Source of the DNA: a virus | Lineage: Duplodnaviria; Caudoviricetes | IMG/VR virus record: IMGVR_UViG_3300020414_000729 | Span: 1 to 43,111 of that record | Length of the DNA stretch: 43,111 nt | Reading direction: 5' to 3' (one strand) | Shown here: piece by piece, positions 24,290 through 35,037 of the stretch | Layout: each line of letters begins with the position of its first letter | Numbering within the stretch: position 1 is the stretch's first letter | Notes under the pieces: model-generated | What the model saw: the letters and a program-made list of their open reading frames with translations, nothing else | The model's database searches: none | What the model was told of the DNA's origin: nothing | Program-made: the position numbers and the translations under genes

Positions 24290-25732
24290 ATGAGTCAGTT
24301 TATTTATAAAACCACACCGTATGCTCATCAGATAAGTGCATTGAAGATGTCATGTGATAAAGAAGCATTCGCTTTATTTATGGAGATGGGCTGTGGTAAG
24401 TCAAAAGTAGTAATTGACAACTTTGCTAAGTTGTACATAGATAAAAAACTGAACGGTGTACTCATAGTTGCACCCAAAGGTGTATACGATAATTGGTTTA
24501 CATACGAAATACCAACACACTTACCTGACGAAATACCAAGATCGGTAGTCAAATGGTCAAACGCTAATACTAAAAAGAATAAAGAAAACTTAGAAACTCT
24601 GTTTGATAAATCAGATGAGCTAAAGATATTTATTATGAACATAGAAGCATTCAGTACAAAGAAAGGTACTGAGATAGCTTCTAAGTTTTTAATGGAACGT
24701 CAATGTATGTTTATTATAGATGAAAGTACAACTATCAAAAACTACAAAGCTAAGAGAACTGTCAATACTGTAAGACTTGGTAAGTATGCATATTATAAAA
24801 GAATACTGACAGGCTCTCCTGTGACAAAAAGTCCACTAGATTTATTTAGTCAATGTTATTTTCTAGACCCATCACTACTAGGTTTCAGTAGTTATTTTTC
24901 ATTCAGAGCAAGGTTTGCTGACTTAGTAGAACGTTCCATGAACGGTAGGAACTTTAAATTAGTCACAGGCTATAAGAACTTGAACGAATTAAATGAATTA
25001 TTAAGGTCATTTAGTTTCCGTATCTTGAAAAAAGAATGCCTTGACCTTCCTCCAAAAGTGTATATTAAGCGAAAAATAGAGATGACAGACGACCAAAAAC
25101 GCGTCTACAAGGATATTCAACGCAATGCTTTAGCCGTACTGTCAGGCGAAAAGGTCACAATTAACTCTGTAATTACACAAATAGTGAGATTACATCAAAT
25201 ATCTTGTGGTTTTATAAATACTGATGAGGGTACTACGAAAGAGTTAGATTCTAATAGGTTGGAAGAATTATTACAGATAATAGAAGAAGTTCAAGGCAAG
25301 GTTATTATCTGGGCTAACTATAGGCATGACATTAGAAAGATAAATAAAGCCCTCAGTGAGAAATATGGCTCTGACTCAGTAGGTATGTACTTTGGTGACG
25401 TACAACAATCAGAGCGTGAAGGTATTATAAGGGATTTTCAAAACCCTGACAGTAAAATGAGATTTTTTGTAGGTAATACACAGACAGGTGGTTATGGTAT
25501 TACCTTGACTGCTGCAAATACAGTCATATATTATTCTAATAATTATGATTTAGAGAAAAGGCTACAGTCAGAAGATAGAGCTCATCGTATCGGTCAAAAT
25601 GATAAGGTCACATATATTGATATAGTGTGTGAAAAAACTGTTGATGAAAAAATAGTGAAAGCCTTGCGTCAAAAACAAAACATTGCTCAAACTGTGCTTG
25701 GTGAAGAAAAGTGGAAAGACTGGTTAGTTTAG
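24290..25732 (+). CDS. SNF2-family helicase/ATPase
   Basis: MEMGCGKS, IIDES, LTGSP, GYGITL, QSEDRAHRIGQ. Confidence 0.93.
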   Translation: MSQFIYKTTPYAHQISALKMSCDKEAFALFMEMGCGKSKVVIDNFAKLYIDKKLNGVLIVAPKGVYDNWFTYEIPTHLPDEIPRSVVKWSNANTKKNKENLETLFDKSDELKIFIMNIEAFSTKKGTEIASKFLMERQCMFIIDESTTIKNYKAKRTVNTVRLGKYAYYKRILTGSPVTKSPLDLFSQCYFLDPSLLGFSSYFSFRARFADLVERSMNGRNFKLVTGYKNLNELNELLRSFSFRILKKECLDLPPKVYIKRKIEMTDDQKRVYKDIQRNALAVLSGEKVTINSVITQIVRLHQISCGFINTDEGTTKELDSNRLEELLQIIEEVQGKVIIWANYRHDIRKINKALSEKYGSDSVGMYFGDVQQSEREGIIRDFQNPDSKMRFFVGNTQTGGYGITLTAANTVIYYSNNYDLEKRLQSEDRAHRIGQNDKVTYIDIVCEKTVDEKIVKALRQKQNIAQTVLGEEKWKDWLV

Positions 25733-28700
25733 AAATCGTATTTAAGTGGCATAATACTTCTTTTCATGTTTCCAGAAGAAGGTGGACCACCTGATACTTG
25801 GCTGTTTGGTTGAAAATTCAGTTCATCTAAATCTTTTTCTATAGATTTTTCCATTTGATATTGTAGATCATCTTTTAACATCTCTATTCTATCCTCATTA
25901 GACCTACCTTGAGCAGCACCAGTAAGTTCTCCTACCAAATCCCCTGGATGATATATGTATTCCCCTAACAAATAACCTACGTCTCTTCTGACCATATTAG
26001 CTATTGGGTCGTCTAATCCTCTTTGAACCATTAAAGCATCATATAGCAGTTTAGGGTCATTCATTATATCTAATTGTTTTTTACTTCCCCTACTACCAAT
26101 TAACTGGTTTGCAGCAGTTAAGAATCTTCCTGGTCTCGTAAATAGCCCCACATATGCTCTAAGTACAGATTGTGCAGCTTTATAGAGAGGGAGTTTGACA
26201 CCCTCACCAAATCCTTGTCCTTCAGCTGGAAGTAAGACTTTTAATTGCCTTTGGAGTTTAGTTAAACCTTCTACAAAATCGTCACCTAAAAACACACCCA
26301 TCGCTGCACCATGTTCAGATATATATTGACCCATTTTATTTGCGTCAAACACATCTGTGCCTAGCTGTTTTGTAGAAGTTTTTTTCATAAAGTCGTCATA
26401 CATAGCTAATTTAACTTTGTCCATTAACTGTGTGCCACCTGATTGATTATCTGCAGCTTTTACTATTTCAAATAGTTTACTTGGTTTCGTCACATTATTC
26501 GGTTCGAATATTTGACTAAACCAAATTTCTGGTTGGTCTAAGTTATCTTTAGTGATTACATCTATATCGACACTATTTTTCGCTTTTTGTAAGAATAAGT
26601 TTTCAGCTTCTAAATCTTTGTTATATCTTCTAACCAATTGATCAACATTGGCAAAACTGTCTAATTCTTGTTTAGAAAATATTCCATTGCTAGGATCTAA
26701 TAGACTAGCATTGTTATTTTTCCACACTCTAAGTAATTCTTCTCCATTTTCTTTAGGTATGATCTTACCGTCTTTTATATCAAAAACATTTTCAAATAAA
26801 TTATTTTTACCTGCTAATCTGACATCATCTACTAATTTAGCATTATTAGGGTCTAAAAAGATTTCACTTAAATACTTAGGAGAACTGATAACTCCATCAT
26901 CAGTTATAGTAGATCCTGAGTTTATAAATTTTAATAATCTGTTAGAAGCTGAAAGACTATCAGCACTAAGTGAATTCACGACGTTATTGCTTAATCTAGT
27001 TATATCTCCTATTAACCCTGATTTATATTGATTTGTCAATACTTTATATTTGTCTAAAGCATCATCTAGTAATTTAGTGCTTCCTTCACCACCTTGTTCT
27101 ACTAAAGTTTTGTATCTTGTGGCATCATACGTATCTATAACTTTTTCTAATTCCGAGATTAGTTTTCTATTTCTTTGAGGGTTTTGATATGCGTCAAATA
27201 AAATTCCCCTAAGTTCTTCTAAATCTGCGTCAAATGACTCTCTTGATTGAAATTTTTGACCCTTTATTTTATCAGTACCTTTTATTTTGTTTATTGCTCT
27301 TTTTGCTATACCTATTAGTTCTCCTGGAGGGAATATTTGGTCTTTCGATTGTTTAATTATTCCCTCAAAAACTTCGGCAACTTCTGTCATATCAAAAGGT
27401 TTTTTTCTTTTGTCTTTTATAGAATTAAATGCTAAGTCAAAAGCCTCATCTGATTCTTTTTGCCTAGCCATTCTTAAATTATAGAAATCTTCTTGTATAT
27501 TTCTAGTTATAGTTGATGGAGAAACATCTATACCACCGTCCAAAAATTTTGTAAATTCATCTGAGTTTCTCTTTATAAAGTCATCCATATTGTTTTTAGC
27601 AATTATAACATTAGGTGCACTTTCAGTGTAGTCTAGTGTTGCGTCACGCACTTGTGTACCTGTTCTTGACATAGCTATATCTGACCCTTCTTGAAAAGCG
27701 TCTATTTTATTTAAATCTGCACCTGTTTCAAAAATATCGTCTACTGCTCTTTCACCTAATTCTTTTTGATCTTCAAGCTTAATTCTTATATTACTTCCTT
27801 CAATAGAAGTTGCTGCTTTTTCTAATTCTTTTTGTCCTGCTTCAAACGGACTTACAAGTTTTGGTCCACCTTGTGCAGCTTGTATTTCAGCGTATGCTTT
27901 TACAACCTGTGGGGCAGTAAGATTACTAACTGAAATTAAATTAGTGTCCTCTATATTTTTAGACACATATTCAAATGCTTTAATAAATTCATCTTCGTCT
28001 ATGCCGAATGGTAAAGTACCTGCGCCTCTATCTCTTCCACCTTTAAGTCCAGGATCAAGAACTCCACCTCCAGGAATTTTAAATTTTCCTCTTGAGAGTA
28101 TAGCCAGCATAGTGTTGACACTTCCCCCTATACCCATAATTATACCTGCTTCTTTCATAGCGTCTTTTAGTATAGGATAATCCTCAGCTATAATGCCTCT
28201 TTCTTGTAAATTATTTAGAACACTATATTTATAAAGAAATGCTGCAGTTCCTTCTGCTACTATACCACCTGTTATTCCACCAGCTATCGCTCCACCTGGA
28301 CCTCCAGTAGCACCAATAGCCGTTCCACCTGTCGTACCTGCAATACCAGCACCAATCTCAAGTGCTAATTGGCTCACAAAAGGTACAGCTTCCATAAATT
28401 GTAAACCTGGAGGATTTACTGCAGAACGTTTACCGTCTAAATAAGGGTTTTGAAAAGTAAAACCTACTGTACCACTAGGGTCTGACTGTACATCAAAATC
28501 ATAATCTGGAGGAAATTCTTGACCTTCTTTTGCGTACGCATTATTAAATTTTTCTCTTAATAATCTTTCGATTGTTTCTTTACTATTTTGAGTTGGAGTG
28601 TTGATTATTGAGGGTGGTAGATTACTATAGTCGTGTAAAAACCCGAATGGTAAATTATTTTCATAGTCAATTTGAAACATTTCGCCAAGGTCTCGAGGTT

Positions 28701-29094
28701 GTAACCTATCTAGTATTTTTCTTTGGAAAAAATAAGGATCTCCAGCTTTTACACCACGTGCTACAGCACTAGAGTATAGGTTTTGGTCAGCTGTGATAAG
28801 ATCTTCATAGGTTAGTCTAGGATCTTCATAGGTTAGTCTAGGTTTGCCTTCAAGTAAAGACCACGGCTGATTGCTAGCTATATTCCTTTTCTGTCTATAC
28901 TGGTCGGGACCATAACCATATTCAGCTAATTTTTCTACCTCAAGTGCACGTGAAATCTCGTCATCTTGAGTAGAGTACACAGTGGGCAGGTTTTTAAATG
29001 CATCAAATGCTTTAGGGTTGTTTAAAAGACTTTGTAATCTTTGGTTAAGTAAATCGTCTGTTGTGGGTAGATCTATAATATCATCGTTTGCCAT
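25729..29094 (-). CDS. Large putative internal virion (ejection) protein
   Basis: 1121 aa, Gly/Ala-rich hydrophobic segment, last gene of the structural operon. Confidence 0.6.
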   Translation of the reverse strand: MANDDIIDLPTTDDLLNQRLQSLLNNPKAFDAFKNLPTVYSTQDDEISRALEVEKLAEYGYGPDQYRQKRNIASNQPWSLLEGKPRLTYEDPRLTYEDLITADQNLYSSAVARGVKAGDPYFFQRKILDRLQPRDLGEMFQIDYENNLPFGFLHDYSNLPPSIINTPTQNSKETIERLLREKFNNAYAKEGQEFPPDYDFDVQSDPSGTVGFTFQNPYLDGKRSAVNPPGLQFMEAVPFVSQLALEIGAGIAGTTGGTAIGATGGPGGAIAGGITGGIVAEGTAAFLYKYSVLNNLQERGIIAEDYPILKDAMKEAGIIMGIGGSVNTMLAILSRGKFKIPGGGVLDPGLKGGRDRGAGTLPFGIDEDEFIKAFEYVSKNIEDTNLISVSNLTAPQVVKAYAEIQAAQGGPKLVSPFEAGQKELEKAATSIEGSNIRIKLEDQKELGERAVDDIFETGADLNKIDAFQEGSDIAMSRTGTQVRDATLDYTESAPNVIIAKNNMDDFIKRNSDEFTKFLDGGIDVSPSTITRNIQEDFYNLRMARQKESDEAFDLAFNSIKDKRKKPFDMTEVAEVFEGIIKQSKDQIFPPGELIGIAKRAINKIKGTDKIKGQKFQSRESFDADLEELRGILFDAYQNPQRNRKLISELEKVIDTYDATRYKTLVEQGGEGSTKLLDDALDKYKVLTNQYKSGLIGDITRLSNNVVNSLSADSLSASNRLLKFINSGSTITDDGVISSPKYLSEIFLDPNNAKLVDDVRLAGKNNLFENVFDIKDGKIIPKENGEELLRVWKNNNASLLDPSNGIFSKQELDSFANVDQLVRRYNKDLEAENLFLQKAKNSVDIDVITKDNLDQPEIWFSQIFEPNNVTKPSKLFEIVKAADNQSGGTQLMDKVKLAMYDDFMKKTSTKQLGTDVFDANKMGQYISEHGAAMGVFLGDDFVEGLTKLQRQLKVLLPAEGQGFGEGVKLPLYKAAQSVLRAYVGLFTRPGRFLTAANQLIGSRGSKKQLDIMNDPKLLYDALMVQRGLDDPIANMVRRDVGYLLGEYIYHPGDLVGELTGAAQGRSNEDRIEMLKDDLQYQMEKSIEKDLDELNFQPNSQVSGGPPSSGNMKRSIMPLKYDF
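28800..28842. repeat. Perfect 21-nt tandem duplication (PRLTYED x2)
   Basis: GATCTTCATAGGTTAGTCTAG twice. Confidence 0.9.
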
Positions 29095-29095
29095 G

Positions 29096-31495
29096 TTATT
29101 CCGTACCTTCCATAATTTTTTGTATTTCGTCTGCTATGAGAAATTTTTGATCTTGTGGTAAAGTCAATATGTAATTTGTTATATCTTTCACAAACATTTG
29201 TCTAACTGAACTAGACTCGTTGCTAACTTCATTAGCTTTTTTACTTATTCTTTCTAGTATAGCTGAGAAATTATCCTCTCTACCTAAACTTGAGAAGAAA
29301 GGTGTATATCTTGTGCTGTAATTGGGTTGACCTGTACTTGTTTGAGATTGCTGTGTAGTAGTTTGTGATGTGTCATCAGTTTCACTCTCTATGTCTTTAT
29401 AGAGACTTGCAAAAGAAACATCTGGATTAAATGGATCGATTGGGTTTTGTAGTATAGCGTTTAAACCTTCTACGAACTTATCATCTCCTGTTAAATATAC
29501 ATCTGATTCAAGTCCAAATTTAGTTTGATAGAGACTCCTAAGTAGTTGTTTTCTCAATTGGTTATGTCTTGCGACTAAACTTTCTCTATTAGAAGAGTCA
29601 AAACCAGCCGATTTCATAGCGTGTACTAAATCTCTATCTGATAACGCTCTGGCTTCACCTAGCCCCATAGCTTTCGCTAAAGCAACAGCTAAGTTGAAAG
29701 TCAATGCTTGGTATTCTCTATTATTTACATTAGTTCCTAACAACCCAGAGTACTCTTCTGTATTTGTAAAATCAGTAAATAACTGTTGAGCTGTGATAGA
29801 ACTACCGTCTGCACCTTTAAAAGTTGTATCTGTGAAATTTAAAACATCGTTTGTAGCTGTGACAATATTATCAAAACCACTACCTATTGCACCAATCTCA
29901 TCTAAACCTCGTTGCATAAAATTAGAGAATGTTCTAGCACCACCTGGAAGCTGGGCACCTTGATCGACTACTTTCATTATATCATCAAGTAGCGTGTACA
30001 CCTCAGCAATATCTGTGGCTTGTTCTCTAAACTCTTTTGTTCTATTTCTTCTGTCTTTATTTAAAGTTCGTTCACTACCACCAGGACCAGATATAAAAGT
30101 AGTATTTCCTTCACTATCAACAGAGAATGTAAACCCACCTGCGTATTGTTTTTGGTCAGTTTTATAATTTACTTGAGTTTCTGGTACAAGCATAGGCATA
30201 AGTTTACCGTCTATATTTCTAAGAATAGGTATTAAATCAATATCCTTATCACTAAAGTCAACATCAGGAAACTTTTTCCTTAAATTTTCTACTTGACTAT
30301 CAGTTAGATTTGCAAAATTAGGATTACCTTCTAATCTAGATCCTGGAGCTCCTGTGAAACCTTCTGGGTACACTATTTGGTATTGTTTTGTATCTTTATT
30401 TTGATTACCTGAAACTATTTGAAAACCCATGTCTTGATATCCACTTGCTTCACTGTTAGTCAGTAGTGTGGTAATGCTATTGCCGTTTGGGTCAGTTATG
30501 GTATAGTCTGATACTTTTCCATCAAGATCTTTATCGTAAGGTCTTATGTCAACACCTTCTGTGTTACTTAATTTAGAGGCTTCCATAGTGTTCAATATTC
30601 GCATACCTCCGTTCACTATGTATGGTGTGCCTTTTTCAGTAATTTGTGCAGCAGATATTTTTAAATCCTCTAGTGCTAAATTAGTAGCAAACTCATCTTT
30701 ACGTATTCGTTCGTTTAATTTAAATTGTAAGTATTTATCATCAAATTGCCTATCTTCTTGTTTTTTAGTGACTGCGTATTTACTAAAAGCATTAGTCAAA
30801 GCAGTTGTCCAGTCCTCGCCTTCTGCACCTGATTGCATTAAAGACATGCCTGCCACCATGTAAGGTAATGCTTCATCTGGTCTACGAATATATTTTTCTA
30901 AATCATCCCCACCCAACATACTTGCTGCAGCGTTTTTGTATATCTGCATTTTTTCTTTTCTTTCTTCTGGGCTATTACCTAAAAAACTTACTATAGAAGT
31001 ATTGAGTGAAGTTATATCGTTAGCATTTTTTTGTGCTTCCGCTAATTGTTGAGGATCACCACTCGCTTCCGCAGTTTGTACTTTTTCTGCAGCTGAGTTT
31101 ATTTGTGCTGCGACTATTGTGTCTAAGTCATCAGCAGTGTCTTCATCTTTAGTAAGACCCAACATATCCATTTGATCTACCATATGACTCGTCACTATAC
31201 CTAGCTCACCTGTAGGATCGCTTGACATTAACCCTCTGCCTAGAGTAGAAGCTATACCACCACTTTGATCCATACCCATAGTAGCCATAGGTGGCTGTTC
31301 TGGTACGTTAGTCATTTGATCTCTTTGAAGTAGCATAAGCTCATCAGGGCTTAAACCTGTCTGTAATGATACTTCCTGAGGAGACATTCCTGAGTTTAAT
31401 AAACTACTTGCTAAGTTTGCTGGGCTTTGTTGAAATAGACTATCTAAACCACTTAATTGGAAACCTTGTGTTATTGGGTCAAATCTTTGTGCCAT
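29096..31495 (-). CDS. Putative internal virion (ejection) protein
   Basis: 799 aa, helical and low-complexity; position in podovirus-like gene order. Confidence 0.6.
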   Translation of the reverse strand: MAQRFDPITQGFQLSGLDSLFQQSPANLASSLLNSGMSPQEVSLQTGLSPDELMLLQRDQMTNVPEQPPMATMGMDQSGGIASTLGRGLMSSDPTGELGIVTSHMVDQMDMLGLTKDEDTADDLDTIVAAQINSAAEKVQTAEASGDPQQLAEAQKNANDITSLNTSIVSFLGNSPEERKEKMQIYKNAAASMLGGDDLEKYIRRPDEALPYMVAGMSLMQSGAEGEDWTTALTNAFSKYAVTKKQEDRQFDDKYLQFKLNERIRKDEFATNLALEDLKISAAQITEKGTPYIVNGGMRILNTMEASKLSNTEGVDIRPYDKDLDGKVSDYTITDPNGNSITTLLTNSEASGYQDMGFQIVSGNQNKDTKQYQIVYPEGFTGAPGSRLEGNPNFANLTDSQVENLRKKFPDVDFSDKDIDLIPILRNIDGKLMPMLVPETQVNYKTDQKQYAGGFTFSVDSEGNTTFISGPGGSERTLNKDRRNRTKEFREQATDIAEVYTLLDDIMKVVDQGAQLPGGARTFSNFMQRGLDEIGAIGSGFDNIVTATNDVLNFTDTTFKGADGSSITAQQLFTDFTNTEEYSGLLGTNVNNREYQALTFNLAVALAKAMGLGEARALSDRDLVHAMKSAGFDSSNRESLVARHNQLRKQLLRSLYQTKFGLESDVYLTGDDKFVEGLNAILQNPIDPFNPDVSFASLYKDIESETDDTSQTTTQQSQTSTGQPNYSTRYTPFFSSLGREDNFSAILERISKKANEVSNESSSVRQMFVKDITNYILTLPQDQKFLIADEIQKIMEGTE

Positions 31496-31502
31496 TTGTA
31501 TA

Positions 31503-32579
31503 TTAAATTATAGTGTCTTGCATATTATTGTGGTTCAAACCTTTCGCCATTCCGTATAGCTGTAATCCTGTACCTGCTAATTGCATAAATTTATTTGGCT
31601 GTGGCTCAGGGTCATTTACGTCTTCTACTGTTTGGAAAACATTACTGCCCAGTGTCGGAGCAATACCAGATGCTAAGCTACCCACATTCCTAAGGACACT
31701 CATCGGATAATTTATTGAACCAACATAATTACCATAATCAATATCAAGTCCTCTTTGAGCTTGTCCTTGTTGTTGAGCCCCAAGCGAACTTAACCTGTTA
31801 ATATCTCCACCCATTAAATTATATATACCTGTGTTTATATTACCGAGAGCACCTGCACCTCTGCCTACAGTGTTAATTAAATCACCACCACCAGCTATAC
31901 CTATGTTTGCTAAATTACCAGCTAGTGAACCTAGCCCACCAGCTACAGTTCCTCTGCCTTTAAATGCAGCTTGTGCGTTAGCCATAGCATCACTAAAACC
32001 TTGCCTTCTTATACCACCTACAGCTTCTGCTGCACCTTTGCCAAATCTTTCTGCCAAGTCAGCTTGCATTAACCTACCTCTTGACCCACCAAAAGCACCA
32101 GACTGTATAGCTTGATTATTTAGTTGGTTTTGAGTTATATCAAATTGATCTTGAAAGTCTGATAAAGTTTGATCGACTACAGCGTCTTCATAAGGATTGT
32201 AAAACCTAGCTGTATCTGTAGGATCAAATCCACCAGCCATACTTCTTAGAATATTTTGCCCTTCTTGTGTACCTGATATACCTTGCTGAACACCAGTTTG
32301 CATTAAATTAGTGCCTGTATCTAATGCACCACTTAAAAAGTTTTGAGCCGAAGTCATTCCAGGAAGATAACTTCCTACACCTTGTCTAGCTAATTCAAAT
32401 GCTTGAAGTTGGTCAGGTGTGAAGTCTGCTATTCTTTGTCCTTCATAATTATAAGGAGTTGTTCCATCAGTTAATAAGTTTTGAAATTCTTTATTAAGAG
32501 CAGGAAACACTCCTTGACTCATCAATTCACCATAAAATATAGGTGGGGAAGTAGTTGCTTGTGTAGTGTTTATCGCCAT
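31503..32579 (-). CDS. Putative DNA-transfer/pilot protein
   Basis: Gln/Gly/Ala-rich; FYNPYE..V and GAFGGSR motifs. Confidence 0.65.
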   Translation of the reverse strand: MAINTTQATTSPPIFYGELMSQGVFPALNKEFQNLLTDGTTPYNYEGQRIADFTPDQLQAFELARQGVGSYLPGMTSAQNFLSGALDTGTNLMQTGVQQGISGTQEGQNILRSMAGGFDPTDTARFYNPYEDAVVDQTLSDFQDQFDITQNQLNNQAIQSGAFGGSRGRLMQADLAERFGKGAAEAVGGIRRQGFSDAMANAQAAFKGRGTVAGGLGSLAGNLANIGIAGGGDLINTVGRGAGALGNINTGIYNLMGGDINRLSSLGAQQQGQAQRGLDIDYGNYVGSINYPMSVLRNVGSLASGIAPTLGSNVFQTVEDVNDPEPQPNKFMQLAGTGLQLYGMAKGLNHNNMQDTII

Positions 32580-33850
32580 TATACTGTCTCGAAATTAGGG
32601 TAAACTACCTGACTCACTGGTTGAGCTCTCATAGATTCTAAATAATTTAATAAAGCTGAATTTTCTATGCCTGCGTTTAATGGTATTAACCCTGCTGCTT
32701 GATTCCTAGACTGTCTTGCTAATTGTGGACCAGAAGGGAAATCAAAAGATCCTGCCTGACCCATCCCTTTATTCATATAATCTAGTATTTGTGGATTTTG
32801 CATTAAAGTTCTTTCTTGTTCTTCTTGTTCAGGAGTTTTCATGCCACCCATGGCACCCATAGCCCCTAGACCAACTATAGCTTTTTCCATACCACTTAAA
32901 CCTTGAAACGCTGAGCCTATGCCTGTTGCCCCTGGACCAGCAGTGCCAAATATTCCTCTTGCATTAGCCCCTAAGTTTTCTAAAAATCCACCTACTCCAC
33001 CAGAAGTGACTCCACCTGCACCAAAACCTAATTGTGGACCTGCACCAACTAAACCTTGTCCACCAGGACCTAGTACGAAGTTTTGACCTATTGAGTCTGA
33101 AATGACTCCACCTGTTGTGGTCAAATTTCCTACAGGAGTAGCTGAACCCAATGTACCACCTTGTAGCCCTGCACCTTGAGCCATACTACCAAGAGTGTAA
33201 CCTGTTAGTGCCTGTTTTGCAGCATAACCTAAATCACCTTCTTTTACAGCACCACCAATAGCACCACCTATCGCTGCACCTGGAGGTCCAGCTACAGCAA
33301 AACCTACTATGTGTCCGATAGTCGGAGCATTTTTCTTAATGTCTCCCCATAAATCACTTAAAAACCCAAACTCCATGATTCCTGTGTTAGGATTGATTGA
33401 GTTTGCATCGTTGCCCACGGTATATTGATTCATATCAACACCGAATTTGTCGTAGACTTCTTGTAAGGTCTGTAAAAGCTCTGGGTCTTGTGCTAATTTT
33501 TTAGGTATTACGATTTCTCCTGGAGCTAGGTGTCCCATAACTTGATCACCATACCTGCCTTGATCAGCAAGTATTTTTTGGGTCATAGCTTCGGGATCTG
33601 ACTGACCCATCTCCATCATCATTTGTTCCGACATATCGGATGCTATGTTCATTCCAGGTGTTGTGCCCATAAGTTCTTCTGGTAATACAGCAGACATCTG
33701 TGCTGTGACTTTATCTCCCAATAATGGAGAAAGAGGGATATCTTTCAATAAACCCATTTGACCTTTATTTAAAAGACCACTTATTCCACCCAGTTGCGCT
33801 ATGCCACTTTGGAATTGTCCCATAACAGGTAATGATTTTAAAAGATTCAT
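32579..33850 (-). CDS. Putative Gly-rich internal virion protein
   Basis: GRYGD..GH..PGE and SINPNTG..EF motifs followed by a long Gly-rich hydrophobic region. Confidence 0.6.
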   Translation of the reverse strand: MNLLKSLPVMGQFQSGIAQLGGISGLLNKGQMGLLKDIPLSPLLGDKVTAQMSAVLPEELMGTTPGMNIASDMSEQMMMEMGQSDPEAMTQKILADQGRYGDQVMGHLAPGEIVIPKKLAQDPELLQTLQEVYDKFGVDMNQYTVGNDANSINPNTGIMEFGFLSDLWGDIKKNAPTIGHIVGFAVAGPPGAAIGGAIGGAVKEGDLGYAAKQALTGYTLGSMAQGAGLQGGTLGSATPVGNLTTTGGVISDSIGQNFVLGPGGQGLVGAGPQLGFGAGGVTSGGVGGFLENLGANARGIFGTAGPGATGIGSAFQGLSGMEKAIVGLGAMGAMGGMKTPEQEEQERTLMQNPQILDYMNKGMGQAGSFDFPSGPQLARQSRNQAAGLIPLNAGIENSALLNYLESMRAQPVSQVVYPNFETV

Positions 33851-34233
33851 TTCTCTCTTGAGACTCCTTTCATTTTCTCATAAGTTCTAAGACCACCTAA
33901 TCCGAGCATACCCATAAGTATACTAGATAATTGTGAAAACTCAAAGCTCGGTAGATCTATAGCCACACCAGTAGCTATAAGAATAGTCTCTATTATAGGG
34001 GAAACAACAAAGTGATACGCTAAAGCTACACCACAAGTCCATCCCACAAATGGTCGCCAACCAGCTACAAATATGTTTTTATGTGCAGCTTCTTGTTTAT
34101 TTAATTGTATTTGTGCGAGATTAGCGTCATGAAACGCCATAGTCATTTCTTTCTGTAGCTTCATTTTTAGATTTTTATCAGGTATGAATTTACCTAATAC
34201 TTTATCTGCTACTTCTATTACTTGACCTATCAT
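33847..34233 (-). CDS. Holin (GTA 3TM holin family)
   Basis: GWRPFVGW.CG and GMLGLGGLRTYEK; transmembrane segments. Confidence 0.85.
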   Translation of the reverse strand: MIGQVIEVADKVLGKFIPDKNLKMKLQKEMTMAFHDANLAQIQLNKQEAAHKNIFVAGWRPFVGWTCGVALAYHFVVSPIIETILIATGVAIDLPSFEFSQLSSILMGMLGLGGLRTYEKMKGVSREK

Positions 34234-34234
34234 A

Positions 34235-34690
34235 TTATTTATTTAATATCTTATGACCATAAATCTTATCTACCCAGTCGATTAATTCATTTTCTTCTAG
34301 GGTATGCTTGAGTAAGTTTACCTTTTTTGCAACTAGTTGTATATTCTTTCTTACATATAAACCTTTCGGTTTTATCCTATCAATAGAGACGTTTGTGTCC
34401 TCTCCACCGTCACTTTTATTAAAAGTCATAGGTATACCAGATAAAGCACATCTACCGTCCTGCTCGTCCCAGAGCTCGTATAAGTCCTCTGGTATAAGCG
34501 TAAATGTATGTCCTTGTTTTTCTCTTGAATATCTTAGTTGTATAAGCAAATTTTTCATAAACCTATATCTAGAACTAGATATATGTAGTTTTTTAGCTTT
34601 TTGTAAACAAGCACCACATGCTTGAGGTTTATTATTATGCCACCTATCAGTAAATTTATTACAGTAAGGACATCTTTTCTGTTTTGTCAC
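34235..34690 (-). CDS. HNH-like endonuclease with N-terminal zinc finger
   Basis: CPYC...CGAC; Q.G.CALSG, SIDRI....LY...NIQLV...VN. Confidence 0.7.
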   Translation of the reverse strand: MTKQKRCPYCNKFTDRWHNNKPQACGACLQKAKKLHISSSRYRFMKNLLIQLRYSREKQGHTFTLIPEDLYELWDEQDGRCALSGIPMTFNKSDGGEDTNVSIDRIKPKGLYVRKNIQLVAKKVNLLKHTLEENELIDWVDKIYGHKILNK

Positions 34691-35037
34691 AAGTGAATAC
34701 TGGTTGCTCCCTTCGTCAATACTGATACTATACCTAAACTTGCTTGAGCCGATAAGCCATTTTCTGGCGGACCACTAAAAGAAGAAGAGTCAGTTGTATC
34801 GATATTTAACCAGTTATCGCCGTCATAAACTTGTAGTTTATTTAAAGTTGTGTCAAATACTATAGCCCCTTGATTAAATTTATTTTCTAATTTTTCCTGA
34901 GTTGTTATTTGACGAGTGTTATCAGGATCAAATTGACCTAAATTAATTTCAAGAATACGAACTAACCTATTGTACAGATTACCGTCTATACTACCATCCA
35001 TACTTGTAGGTAGTTGTGTTTGTAGAAGTTTACTCAT
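34687..35037 (-). CDS. Putative virion/tail protein
   Basis: G..VFDTT.NKLQVYDG..W motif; structural operon. Confidence 0.6.
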   Translation of the reverse strand: MSKLLQTQLPTSMDGSIDGNLYNRLVRILEINLGQFDPDNTRQITTQEKLENKFNQGAIVFDTTLNKLQVYDGDNWLNIDTTDSSSFSGPPENGLSAQASLGIVSVLTKGATSIHL

